Positions 1 through 11,462 are shown, counted from the first letter of the stretch. The stretch is 64,000 nucleotides of DNA from Epithemia pelagica (GCA_946965045.2 OX337231.1:3534001-3598000); one strand, 5' to 3'. The notes: generated from the sequence alone by a model not told the origin. Numbers and translations: made by a program.

Positions 1-3000
1 TGCCCGCTCTCTGCTAACTGCTTCTCGATATTCTCCAAAGCGGCCTTAACATACTTCTCCGAGGAGATATACCATCCATTTATACCGTCGAAATCCATCT
101 CTCCAAGCTGAGCACCAAGATACATGTCCGGCGGCTCTATCTTATCATCTTTCAACTTGAATACGGCCTGGACACGCTGCAACACTCGCTTCGAGTCGTG
201 TGAGATAGCCAATAGGTCGTCCACATAGCATAGAACGTATTCGTAATACTTAAACCCATCTGGTTTCACCGCTGGTCTCATCCAGAAGTCAGGGTCTGCT
301 TTAGACGGCTTGAATCCTATGTCATAAAGCGTTTCAGCTAGGTGGGCCCGAAATGCCGCACCGCTGGATTTCAGCCCGTACAGAGCCTTCTTGATAATCA
401 TGATGGATCCTTCCTCGGACCCTAGCTCAGGTCCAGCCCTGAACCAGATCTTCTCTCGACAATCCGCCGTCAGATAGGCATTCTGGATGTCACATGCTGA
501 TACGTTTAGGTCGTTAAGTGCTGCAATGAGGAGGGCAATTCGAACGGAGTCACGGGATACCACTGAGGAATACGTCAACGAGGTTGGCGTCTCAGTCAGA
601 TGTCCCCCTGCCACAAATCTCGCTTTTCTTCGGAAGTTCTCTCCCATTTTTACGTCGAAGACGATATGGCACTTAATTTCTTGATAACCGATCGGGATGT
701 CCCCTTGAGATTTCTCCCAGATCTCGAAACCTGGTCGCACATTCCGCATCTCTTTACAGATCGCATCCCACCATAAGGTGTTGCCATTTTTTCTGTCCAA
801 CTCCTTGGCTTCCTCGACGGACTTGGGTATCCTGATCCCAAACTTATGGGTTCTTAACCAATATTTTGACTTCAACTTTGCGATGATGCGGTTCCGCTTC
901 TTCAGCACCTTTGGAACCCACCACGCGAAAGCAGGCTCCATAGAGATTTTGGATGCCACAGCGTATTCTGACACCTGCACAGGGTACGACTCCTTGATGT
1001 CTTTCAAGGCAATCCAGTTGGTTGACCCGTCTTTCCACTGAACCAACAATTCCCAGCCTACCGTGGTCTCTCGTCGGCGCTGGTTGCCGTTTCGTAGCGT
1101 GACAAAGGCGTCCTGTTGCTTCACTTCTTGCCCATTCGTCCGATGATCGATAATCTCATCTAACAGGACTTGCCGATGACCATCGTCATCGATTTGGGAA
1201 AACAAGTTCTCGGCAATATGATTGGCTGCAAGTGCTGCCTTGGTCCCATCCTGATACTCCACTTCATACATGCGGGTGTCTAGTATCGGGTTGTCATGCG
1301 CCGTGCCGATGGGTAAACCATCCTTATCTCGTAGCCTTTTGGTGACTCGTGCTAACATGGGATGCGTTTCGTCCCCTTTCGGGATTGCCACTTCCATGTT
1401 CACGTAAGTGTCGTTGAAGACCTCCGGGGTGAACTCCTCATCGGCCTCCTTGACCTCATCATTGGACACAACTTCATGAAACTCAGCATGGAAGTCCGGG
1501 TCATGATCGAGAGGCGGGAGATCCCAGTCATTCGGTGTGGTTTTGCCGCCGTCGACAATGAAATGGGCGGAATCATGCAGTTTCTCCTTGATCCCTTGAT
1601 CAAACTCATTGCAACGACGAACTGTACTTGCTTCTTGTTGTTCAAGGGTAGTAACTCTAGTGACGGTAGTTCGGGAAACTACCCGGCCTTGCTCTGTCAG
1701 TATCCAGTAGGACATCAAGCTACCCACTCTATGGGCTACACCTAGCCATCGACCGAGTCTTGTCGTGCCAAGGCCGGCGTTGTCGTTGTACCAACACCAA
1801 TCATAGAAGGTGAAATCGAGGTACTCAGATATGTCGGGTGTCTCACCAGTCAGACGTTCTAGACTCGTGCGCCCGTCCAAGTCCCCTGACATGCGTGCAG
1901 TCCTCTGCATGGTCTCGCAGACCCAACGAATCCCGTAGTCCCAAAGTCTTCGGGGAACCCGCTGTTTGTGCATGACTCGGAACCAACGCTTGCGGATTTC
2001 GCGAATCACACCCTCAACCTTAGATTGATTGTGCCGATAAGGTTCAGTCACTTGCAAATCAATTGCATGCTTGCGGACTAACTCGCGGAACGTCGTCCGT
2101 TTGCCCGTCTGTTCTTTCAATCCGTCACACAGAATTGTATCCGGGACCCTGTAATCACTAATGAATTGTTTGAGAGCGTCTCCTGCTCCACTTTTCTTCT
2201 CGATGGGGTATGCAACCGCAAAGAAATCTTTATTTGCAAATACCTGTGCATGCCCGTTACCATCCAGAGATTTATATTGACCGTCCATGGTATCTGTGTA
2301 TACCACTCCCTTGATTCTGGGCCGTTCGAACATGCGGTCTGCACGGTATCTTCTTGCCATGGGCAATATTGCTGACCGTATCATTCGTTGTGTGGTCGAA
2401 GCCAAAGTCTTTTTGGCTTGTGACAGACCGATAAACCAACGTTCGCTCAAAGACTGTGCAGTGACGGTACCACGTCTCTCTTTGGAAATGAATGTTCTTT
2501 CGGCTGGAATATCAGTGCGAGGAAAGAATTCTGGCTGCAATCCGGCCTCCTCAATCTGCACGGAGGCGACGATCCGTTTTGTAACTTCCTCTTGGTCGAA
2601 GACAGTCCCCTGGAATGGAAAGTCAGTCCTGATAACGGACACTTCGCGATCGCCATCATGGTCTACGCAGGGAAACTTGATATCGTGTGGATCCCAGTCA
2701 TGTGGCGACGACAGGTGGATATGGGGCAATGTTTCAAGTTCTTTTTGTGTCGGCGTCCTTGTGTCGCAGTAAATAATGGTGCCGTCCGTGTTAAACGGTA
2801 TCGTTACCTCATGATGGGCGATGGATAATGCCTCCTGTCCGTTATAAGGATTGTCTTGTACTGGGATGCCGTAAGCCCGGACTTGATTGGGGTTTACCAA
2901 GGTGTGACCCAACTGGTCACCCATCCACAGTGCCTCGTTGAACACCAGGATGAATTCCTGGCCGTCAGTTTTATTGGTCCATGATGTCGCTCCTGACACC

Positions 3001-3317
3001 ACTGGCACATTCTTGATGGACTCATAAGTTTCGGTGTACGGAGACACATCGCATTCCTTGCCTGTATAAGACAGGATTACACAATTCGCACCCAGGACGA
3101 TCGTGTCCGCATGTGTGTCAAATTCCAAACGACCAGCGGTCATTTCTTCTCTGCTTCTTTTTCCTTTTTCACGATGCTGAGTGCTCGACCTTGCGGACGA
3201 TACGATTTGACTAATGGTACGTGGTCTCCCTACTCGCGACATAAATGGTACGACAATTCGTATACAGAGATAAATCACGAATTTAAACAAGTACCACACG
3301 AGCAGGGAGGGCAACTG
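1..3317 (-). CDS. pol: Pol of element A (protease, integrase, reverse transcriptase), partial; in frame with gag directly after the gag TGA
   Basis: Hand translation gives protease LEFDTHADTIVLG (ATG at 3143; a further in-frame ATG at 3242) and integrase core (TEPYRHNQSKVEGVIREIRKRW). RT motifs are KARFVAGGH, DIQNAYL, KALYGLKSSG and LCYVDDLL (216-230). The frame matches gag. The ORF track lists no terminated ORF here, consistent with an open frame to the window edge. Confidence 0.92.
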
Positions 3318-4754
3318 TCACCCACGCTTCCCATTTGCACGTTCGTTGCGGCCGCCGAACTTATTTCCGGCATCATCGGGCACGCGTTCTTCTTTGTTTT
3401 CTTTCTTTGTGGCACTAGCCATATTGGTAGATAACTCCCCCACCTGGCGTTTCATTTCAACAAGAGTTTCGGCCATACTAGTAATCTCAGATGCTTTGCG
3501 TTTCCCACCGCTTTTCTGCTTCTTCTTTCGCTCGTCGATGACTTTCTGCTTGTCATCGTCAGGGAGCTCTTTCCAGTTCTTGTAGAAGCCGGTAAAGATC
3601 GTCCCATCGGGCATATGGACTCCACTCTTTGGCGCCTTAGTTCCACCGGATTTCTGGGGTGTGTTAAACCTGGACCCTCCCCCGCGAATACGTTGCGCCG
3701 AGGACACTTTACGGGCCAACTGATATTCTGGCATCTCGCTGACGGCTGCGGCGATGTGATTGGCGGCCTGAGTGTAGGTCAGACCGTCCATATCGAACCG
3801 AACCTTGAGAGCCTTGACCGTGTCTTGCAACTGAGGATGTTGCACGCGCTTGAATAACTCGCGAATCTTGGCGGCGTCCGTATTCTTCTCCCCCTCGTCT
3901 TCATAGATGTTAAACATCTTCTGAAGACGGTCCAAGAACGTTGTAAAAGGGAGCGAGCGTTCACTTTTATAGTGTAGGCTCTCACGCATGCGGTCGGCAG
4001 ACGCAATGCGTCGACTCGCGTTTCCCTCGCCCGCGTAGTGGTCACGAAGGGCGGCCATATCGCGACGACCGTCGCTGTAACGAGCCAGGTGCTTGGTCCA
4101 CTGCTCAGCGGTCTCGGCGACAAGGTAGTTCTTCAGGAGTTGGTGAACTTTTCGCGCATCAGTGCGGAAGTGGGTTCCATTCAAGGGTGCACAGGCGATA
4201 ATCTTGCGGTTGAAATCTTCACCGAAATCAGTCACATGGTCAGGTTGGTCATTTGCTCGGACAACATACGACAAAGGTACTCCGTTCACGCCAGGGATGG
4301 TCGAAAGGTAGTTGACGAACGCGGGTTCCCAATCGGGCCACTTGCGTTCATCCTTAAACTTTCCCGGATCGGCTGCTTTGCTGACCGTGTCAACTTGTTC
4401 AGCTTCCACTTTACGGGTCTCAGCACGATCGATGGCGATTGTTAGAGCGTCCTTGAACGCGTTTCCGTCGGCGATGTCGGCGATGGTTGGTTGCAGGGAA
4501 CAACGAAGGAAATCTTGCACCCAGTGCATAATGCCAATAAGCCATTTAATGCGGCGCATCCCAAAGAGAATGCGTCCATTAGCGTCCGTCCTTTTCTCAA
4601 AACTCTCAGCCATGTTCCTGATATCGGTTTCCGTGACACCGACGAAGTCGGACATCGTTCCAAAACCGCCTTCTTGACAAATGCGGTGACGTTGGGGGCC
4701 ATCGGTAAAACCGATCCACGTAAGGATTTGCTCCATGTCGGCGTTAGCTGCCAT
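3318..4754 (-). CDS. gag: Gag of element A
   Basis: 479-codon ORF from ACAATGGCA (MAANADMEQILTWIGF...), with CoDi-type gag segments (YLSTIPGVNGVPLSYVVR; SLHYKSERSLPFTTF), directly upstream of pol. Confidence 0.88.
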   Translation of the reverse strand: MAANADMEQILTWIGFTDGPQRHRICQEGGFGTMSDFVGVTETDIRNMAESFEKRTDANGRILFGMRRIKWLIGIMHWVQDFLRCSLQPTIADIADGNAFKDALTIAIDRAETRKVEAEQVDTVSKAADPGKFKDERKWPDWEPAFVNYLSTIPGVNGVPLSYVVRANDQPDHVTDFGEDFNRKIIACAPLNGTHFRTDARKVHQLLKNYLVAETAEQWTKHLARYSDGRRDMAALRDHYAGEGNASRRIASADRMRESLHYKSERSLPFTTFLDRLQKMFNIYEDEGEKNTDAAKIRELFKRVQHPQLQDTVKALKVRFDMDGLTYTQAANHIAAAVSEMPEYQLARKVSSAQRIRGGGSRFNTPQKSGGTKAPKSGVHMPDGTIFTGFYKNWKELPDDDKQKVIDERKKKQKSGGKRKASEITSMAETLVEMKRQVGELSTNMASATKKENKEERVPDDAGNKFGGRNERANGKRG

Positions 4755-4806
4755 TGTGATATATTTGTTTTCACTTTCAAATAGAAGAAATAACAATATG
4801 TTTTCA

Positions 4807-5354
4807 TGTTAGAATCAGTCGTCGCGGGATGACAACATTCGAGGGTGATCAGTCCTCGACACTTTCTAGGGTGAGCAAATGCTCAAGTCCCCGCTTACGC
4901 AACCTCGACATGCGACCCGCACGCATGTATGGATCGAGGTTGCGGCTCTCAATTGCTTCCTGGCAAGTTGGGTCTGATAAACCGAATAAAACACGCCGTA
5001 CAACACGGTAAACTCACAGGTTAGGGTGCAACTCAGGATTTCATGCAAAAGAGTGACCGCTAAGGCCAAGGTTCTAGGATAAAGGTTATCGCTAAAGAGG
5101 TGCAGACTCAGGCCCGCCAATAAGCGCCAGCCGCACCATCTAACTGTCGCACACGTGCCACGGTGGATTTCATTCGCAGGACGGACCATATCCATCATCC
5201 ATCCGCCAAAACAGCAAAGCAATTATCAATCATCATCCCATCCTTTGCATCATCCAGCACCAAAACAACAACAAGGTGATATTATTATTTGACCCAAAGA
5301 TCTCGACATCTTCCTACACGGTTGGGAGGTTCCATCACCCTCTTTGTCTCAACA
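4807..5354 (-). repeat. Putative 5' LTR of element A
   Basis: Bounded by TGTTAGA (4807) and CTCAACA (5354), i.e. TG..CA with a short inverted repeat. No partner LTR in the window to confirm it. Confidence 0.4.
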
Positions 5355-5769
5355 CAGATCCAGATATATACAGTACCGAACATCACGTGATCTTGCAGTG
5401 TTGGAAGTGAGCACACACAAGACACTCGTCAAGTCCAAAGAACACGAGTGCGTCCACAAACCAAAAAAGGGACACATAATTGGAATGCCTCGACAATACC
5501 ATCCATTACAGCAACAACAACAACAACAACAAACAACAACAACAAACAACAACAAGCACAACGGTGTCATTCCAATCCTCGCCATCATCCTTTCCACGAG
5601 TTCTCCTCCCTGAATCGTCGCTACTAGTACGACAACCAGGTCCCCTTGAATGGAGCACGACCCCAACAAGGACTCGCAATTCTTGGAGCACGTTACCTAT
5701 TGGTCACCGCCATGCCTTCTCCACCCAGTTGTCATGATCCTCCTCCTCCTTGCCTTCGTCGTTGTCGTC

Positions 5770-6430
5770 CCCACAATCCTGGCCACCACCACGAATCGCC
5801 GGAGGGAGACCCACGAGACGACCTGACAACGACAACGACGACGGAACAAGCGATTCAATATGGATTGCAAATGGCTCCGCGCAGTACTGTTTGGAACCGA
5901 CTCTTTGCGACATTCCACAATGTCCAAGCCGAAGCCTTGTTGGTTCGGGAACGATTCTTGCAAGAATATCGGATTGCACCCGACAGCTTCTTGTTGGAAA
6001 CCTATTTTGTCAAGGTCTTTGGCAACAAGTTGCAAGACATGGTGGAGCTGTCCCCTGCCCTTTGGGTGGGTGGAATCGCTGTGGGCGGCACCGGCTCGCA
6101 ATGATCACGAGGCCTTGTTTATACGGGCCGGACGGAATGGACCCGCCCTGTATCAAACATCCAATTCAATGGCATACCTGGTGGGTGGTGGCACTCTTGG
6201 TATTCCTGTTGGGCCAAGTGGTCTTGCGGGATCTTTTGGCCGTGGTGCAGGAGAGTTGCCCCCCTCCTCGGTGGGACGGCCCGACTTGGTCCAACCAAAA
6301 TTGACCCTCTCTGGCACCTACACGACCCTGTGGATGGGACAATTGTGTGGCTCTTGCCCAAAACCTTTTTAGATTATACCTTGGTAACGAGCATTGAAAG
6401 CTTGATGGATCTCGAAACCTTGACGGCAGT
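5770..6430 (+). pseudogene. Inverted, internally deleted copy of the 3' half of the MLO-like gene (source ~21030-19990)
   Basis: Near-identical peptides (EQAIQYGLQMAPRSTVWNRLFATF..., ARNDHEALF, PKTFLDYTLVTSIESLMDLETLT) with frameshifts and a ~390-bp deletion. Confidence 0.9.
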
Positions 6431-7070
6431 GTGTACGGGTTGTGATTCCCAATGGAGTCACCTCCATTCCCCGAGGACGCCCCTCGTTATGAAACGCGTG
6501 GATAGCCCCATTTGGAATTAATAAACACACAGACAGTCATGAGGCCCAAGGCCAACCAGCCACACTCAAGAACCGCATCCCGCCGCAACCGAACCACAAA
6601 ACACAGAGTGGACCTGGTTGCTTTTGGTCGAAACCGTCACTTGTTGTTGTTGTTGCTTGGACCATGTCAGGGCAATGACGAATGGTTGTTGTTGGAACCT
6701 TGTCCGAAAACTGGACCGTCCTGGATGGACCGTCTCTTGTGTGCTGCGAGTTTCATCCTCCACCCAGAACCTATACACACAACACACGTCACGAGCAAGA
6801 GTAGTGTGCGCTGTCTCGAATTCTTGTTGTTATTGTTGTTGCTGCTGGTGGGGACCCGCCGTGTAACGTTGTCCCGGTGTCTGAAGGAAGCCAGTCTACA
6901 CACTCCTTTCTACCCAGTGTTAGAAAAAGAAAATTTTTGGTGGTAGGCACATCGCGGTCTCTCGTTTTCAAGGCTGGTTCCGAGACGAGCATCGTATGGT
7001 CTTGTTTGGAACGACAACGATCTGTAGTACCGTCCAAGTCAAACCCGACGACTCAGTGGGTAGGAACGAT
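6430..7070 (+). repeat. Inverted copy of the MLO-like 3' flank (source ~19900-19130)
   Basis: Shared blocks such as GCCAAGGCCAACCAGCCACACTCAA, ATCCTCCACCCAGAACCTATACACACAACACACGTCAC and AAACCCGACGAC.CAGTGGGT, in opposite orientation. Confidence 0.85.
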
Positions 7071-7074
7071 ACAA

Positions 7075-7840
7075 GATCCCGTATAGCGAAGCATGATGTC
7101 GTATCCCCTCCATCATTTTCTCCAGAAGCGTCCTTACGACAAGCCGAGGAGCTGCTCCTGACCACCACATCCTCCTTCTTTTCTTCACTTACTAGAGCCA
7201 CCGACCAATCTCAAGCAACTCGGTTTTTTGTTTCCCTGCAATGATGCACCCGAAGAACCATTAAGTTGAACCCTCTCGATTTTGGGTTTCGCCGACTTGT
7301 CCATGTCGATGGTACGCAAACTGGTGGACGGCGACATGGATGGAGTGCCGAGCTGTCTCTATCGACGTACCTTGAGAGTCCGGCGAGGTGATCAAGAGTA
7401 TGTGAAAAGATTGGAATCGAAGCATCCAAAAATTAAATTCTTCATGGTTTGCCCATATTATGGACCCGCTACGAAAAGATGCCAAGGTGGAGATCTTGGC
7501 AAAGGACAAATTGGATCGATTTGGAATCGCATGAAACCAATCCACCAATTGGCTTCGACAAATAATACAACAAGGAAAAAATCCCGTGGGAGGTGATGTT
7601 ACTCTAGGATCATTGAAAGACGCTGCGATTCGAACAAGGCGAATGCGACACCGTCGACTGAAACAGTGCTCCTTCACTAGTGCCGATCTAGGCCATGATG
7701 TTCCAGGGCGTTTTCGGTCGCCAGAGGAAAAACTCGTGCAGAAAATCATGGAGAACAAAGTTGGAAGCGGAGCATATCGGATTCGTTTCGAGTCTGAAAT
7801 TGAAAAGTTTAGAACTATCATGGATCTATATCGCGCAAGA
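7075..7840 (+). pseudogene. Inverted, fragmented copy of the mRNA cap methyltransferase gene (source pieces ~31490-31040, ~30540-30380, ~30080-30010)
   Basis: AKHDVVSPPSFSPEASLRQAEELLLTTTSSFF, GFADLSMSMVRKLV, LGSLKDAAIRTRRMRHR and ADLGHDVPGRFRSP match the 29550-31507 gene. Stops, frameshifts and large deletions are present. Confidence 0.9.
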
Positions 7841-8492
7841 TGAATGGGATAACAGTCGACTGTACTGACTGTCTGTGCTGTAAATTTTCGAAAAGTTCAC
7901 GAGCCACTGGTAGAGTGGGAGCCGGCGAGTCTCGTCCCTCCCCCATGATATAATACCGAATTGTTCGCAGCGCTTTCATTCCTGTGGACTCCTTCATCTC
8001 CCGTTGATCCAAGAATCGTCGTTCATTGAGAGCTTCGTCATTTTGCATTGGGCGCATAGTTTTTTCTTTTTTTGCATAGATTTCCCGCCGCGAAGCCACA
8101 CGACTGGCTGATCTCCAAGAAGCGGTACAAATGGAACTGTCCCAAGGCTCAGACGATCTCCACCCACAGGTACGGAGGGTTTTTGATCGAGGCCGCGGCA
8201 CGTCCCTCCAGGCCCAACCACAACAAATGGAGGCCTGGCTTGCACGCATCCGGGCTGCCCGCCACCATGCTACCCAGGAACTTACTCACCGACATACCAC
8301 GACAACCGAACATAGCGAGCATCAACGACGAATTCAACGCGAGCGCCTACAACAACGACGGTTCCGAGAATTCTTTCAACCACCAAATCCAGAGGCCTCA
8401 CGAACCTGAGGTACCGATCGACTCTCTCGTTCCAGCACTCTCATCCCAACACTGATACATGTTTCCCGTCCCCCCATGTCTGTACCAATAGA

Positions 8493-8549
8493 CCCTACAT
8501 ATCAAGACCTACATATCAAGACCTCCAGATCAAGACCTACATATCAAGA
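8493..8549. repeat. 14-bp tandem repeat (GACCTACATATCAA) x4
   Basis: CCTACATATCAA-GACCTACATATCAA-GACCTCCAGATCAA-GACCTACATATCAA-GA read directly. Confidence 0.9.
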
Positions 8550-9489
8550 GCTCCACCATGGTCGCCTTGGAGCCGGCGGGGAAGCTCGCCGGGTGACCAA
8601 GCGACGTAAAAGACTTTCGTCAAGTACCCTAGAAGATTAATAGGACCGTACTTAATTAATGAGTTGCAGTTGCAGCTGTCTTAGATTTTAGATTCGTTGT
8701 TTCTCGCTTGCAGAAACCAAAATCGAGCGCTTCAGAAACATGCCTGATGGATAGTTCACAATATAGATCATAGCGGATTGAGACATTCTCCTTGCGTGGC
8801 GCTGGGAAATGTCCAATCGGCCACCACACAACCACACGCGTCACATCATCATTCCTCCGTTCATTCATCTCGTCCGCACAAGCGCAAAATTGAAGCGAAC
8901 GACCAAAAGCCAATCTCGATACCGATCGCCACTTGAAAATACACCCACACCACCGTCAGTGAAGTGGATCGGTTCGCATCCTTCCTGCATAGCCAAAATC
9001 AACTTACGAGGACAAGCTCAAGGGAGAGAAGGGGAAACCAGGAACGGCATTCAAGGCAGTGTGGCAAACAAGTGACAATCAATCTGCCCCATCAATCGTC
9101 GACTTTTTGGTGGTCAACGTGTAAGGGCCAGGGCACAATACGTCATTCTGGGTCCTTATCGTCGAGCAACTCTTTATCGTGGTCACTTTTTGCTTGATCA
9201 GATCACCTCGGATTGCGTACATCTCCTTTGCCTTTCCCCATTGCTGTTGAGTGCATCGCATACAAGAACTGCCACTACTGCAATATCCTCGTTCAAACAT
9301 TTCCTTGGCTCGATTTGATTCTCGTTTCTGGTCCATTTCGTTGGTTGCGCGTTTGTTTTTGCCTGGAATGAACTCATCCAAGAACTGGTTGTGTCGTTTG
9401 CCCACTCCTTTTGCTTTGGATTCGTTTCAAACAACCAAACATCTTGCTCCTCCTTATTCGTTTCACGTTTGTTCCTCATCATCATCATC

Positions 9490-11095
9490 ATGAATGGCAA
9501 CCCTTCCTCGTCACCACCACCGACAATTAATGTATGGGAGGCTGCTTCCTCGTCGGACAAGGCTGTTTACTATGTAGTTCGACATCCTTGGCAATGGGTC
9601 ATGGAAGACTTATCGAAAGACTTGAACCATATGGCACCGGTGGATAATCCCAACAATCTCCCTTTGGCCAAGCAACAACAGGAAGAAGAGCAACAACAAA
9701 AGCAACAGCAACCAGCGTCGAATTCCCGTCGCGGTCATGGAAGTTTGGGTGGAAGTGGCCGTTTGTCTCGTCGGAGTCCCAAATCCAGCAGTCAAGGACG
9801 AGCCTCCTTGCGATTGGAAGTGGTGAACTCGACGACGAATCAAGTGGTCTTGGCCGTTCATGGGACGTCGGCCTGTTTTGAGGGATTGGGCGATAAGGAT
9901 GAATTGGTCCGAACCATGCAACGATGTCGCTGCGATCATTTGCACTTGTCACCCCCGTCGTTATTGATTCAATGGGATGTCACTCCGGAAGAATGTCACA
10001 ATCTGGTGGGTTCGACCCTCCCCGTCTTGACGACGACGACTGGGAACAGTGCGATCCATCCTTCGGCCTATGCCGTCCTCAAGGAACCCATGGGAAGTCA
10101 AGGCAAGGGCATCTTTTTTGTCCGAAATGCCCAAGAAATTCATGAAATTATTGATCGGAATCATCAACGAGCCTCGGAAGATCCCGACTTGTTGGAAAAT
10201 CTGATTGCCGTCAAGGGACGCATTCCCAGTTGGGGTACGTATCGCACAACCCACAGAGTGCCACAATGGCATGCCGCCTCGATGGTGCAGGAGGAATGTT
10301 CCTGTGCAGACGTGGCATAGTGCTTGCATTGTTTCTCACTGTACTCGTTGTCTTTTTTTTTCTCGGTGACGCGTTTGTACTGTTGCGTTGTCGATTGCTT
10401 GTTGTGCTTTGGCACAAACCACAGTCTTGCAAGCGGAAGTGTATCCAGCCCTGCTGATTCGAGGTCGACGAAAGTTTCACATTCGATCCTATGTTATTGT
10501 TGTCGAACGGCCCGACGATGAATTGTTGGACATGTATATTTATGCAAGGCACGAAGTTCGAATTGCCGGCCTACCTATTGATGATAATACTGAGGAAGAT
10601 GATCCACAAGAACAAGCCTCCCAGGCACGCAATCCCTTGGCGCACATCACCAATGGTGCCTTGTCGGGGACGACGGAACGAGTCTTGTTGGATCAAGTAC
10701 CTGAATTAACGAGCCGAGGATTTCCACACAAGCTGGAACTCTTTTTGGCTCTAGTCTTTGGGAAATACTTGCTTCCGGATATTTCTCGACGGATTCCCTC
10801 CACCTTGCCTCCTCGAAGTACTACCCAGAATGGATCTTCATCTGTTCCGGTGCGGCAATTTGCCGTGGCGGGCACTGATGTTATGGTAACGGAAGATTTG
10901 CGCTCGTACTTGTTGGAAGTCAATGTCAATCCAGCGGCACCACCCAAACATTTGTGTCAAGCAGAGTTTAGTCAACATTTGCATGGCTTCTTTCGTGATT
11001 TGGTCAATTTGGTCACATTGGGCCATTCGTCTCCCAACTTTTACGATGCCTTTGAAATTTTGGAAGCCGATGCTACCCGCGGCAACCAAACCTGA
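9490..11095 (+). CDS. Tubulin-tyrosine ligase-like (TTL/TTLL) ATP-grasp protein; 2 exons, intron 10235-10424
   Basis: VLKEPMGSQGKGIFFV. The splice GG|GTACGT...CACAG|TC restores SWVLQAEVYPALLIRGRRKFHIRSYV. The C-terminal motif is AGTDVMVTEDLRSYLLEVNVNPA. The start codon is uncertain. Confidence 0.85.
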
Positions 11096-11462
11096 ATCAA
11101 GCATACTCTACATAGTTAAGAGAGGAGGAGAAGAGCTAGCGACATGAACACACAAAAATTGACAAAAGAACCAAAATAGAGACATAATATCAAACTCGTT
11201 CGTGGTAGTACCTACAACGAGTCATAATCATATAAAGGACAACATGACAAGTTTAGATTACAAAGTGTCTTTGAAAGCTATAAACTTGTGCCAAAAAAAC
11301 TACGACTGTTTGGTTCGACACATGACCTTGTGCCTATGTTCAATTTATCGAAAAGAGTAGAATGATGTTACAGTTTCCATTTGCACTCTTCCAATCGGCG
11401 TTCCAAATGTTCGTTCGTCATGTGTCTCTGTTCAGGATGTTGTTCTGCCAAGCGCCTTCTTT

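Larger units (their letters stand above)
1..5354 (-). mobile_element. Ty1/copia LTR retrotransposon (diatom CoDi-like), element A; 3' part runs off the window
   Basis: gag ORF, then PR-IN-RT in copia order on the minus strand. The right boundary (LTR) is only tentative because the second LTR lies outside the window. Confidence 0.93.

Noticed and set aside
487-3434. Short plus-strand and off-frame ORFs across element A
   Set aside because: They are antisense or alternate-frame shadows of gag-pol with no independent motifs.
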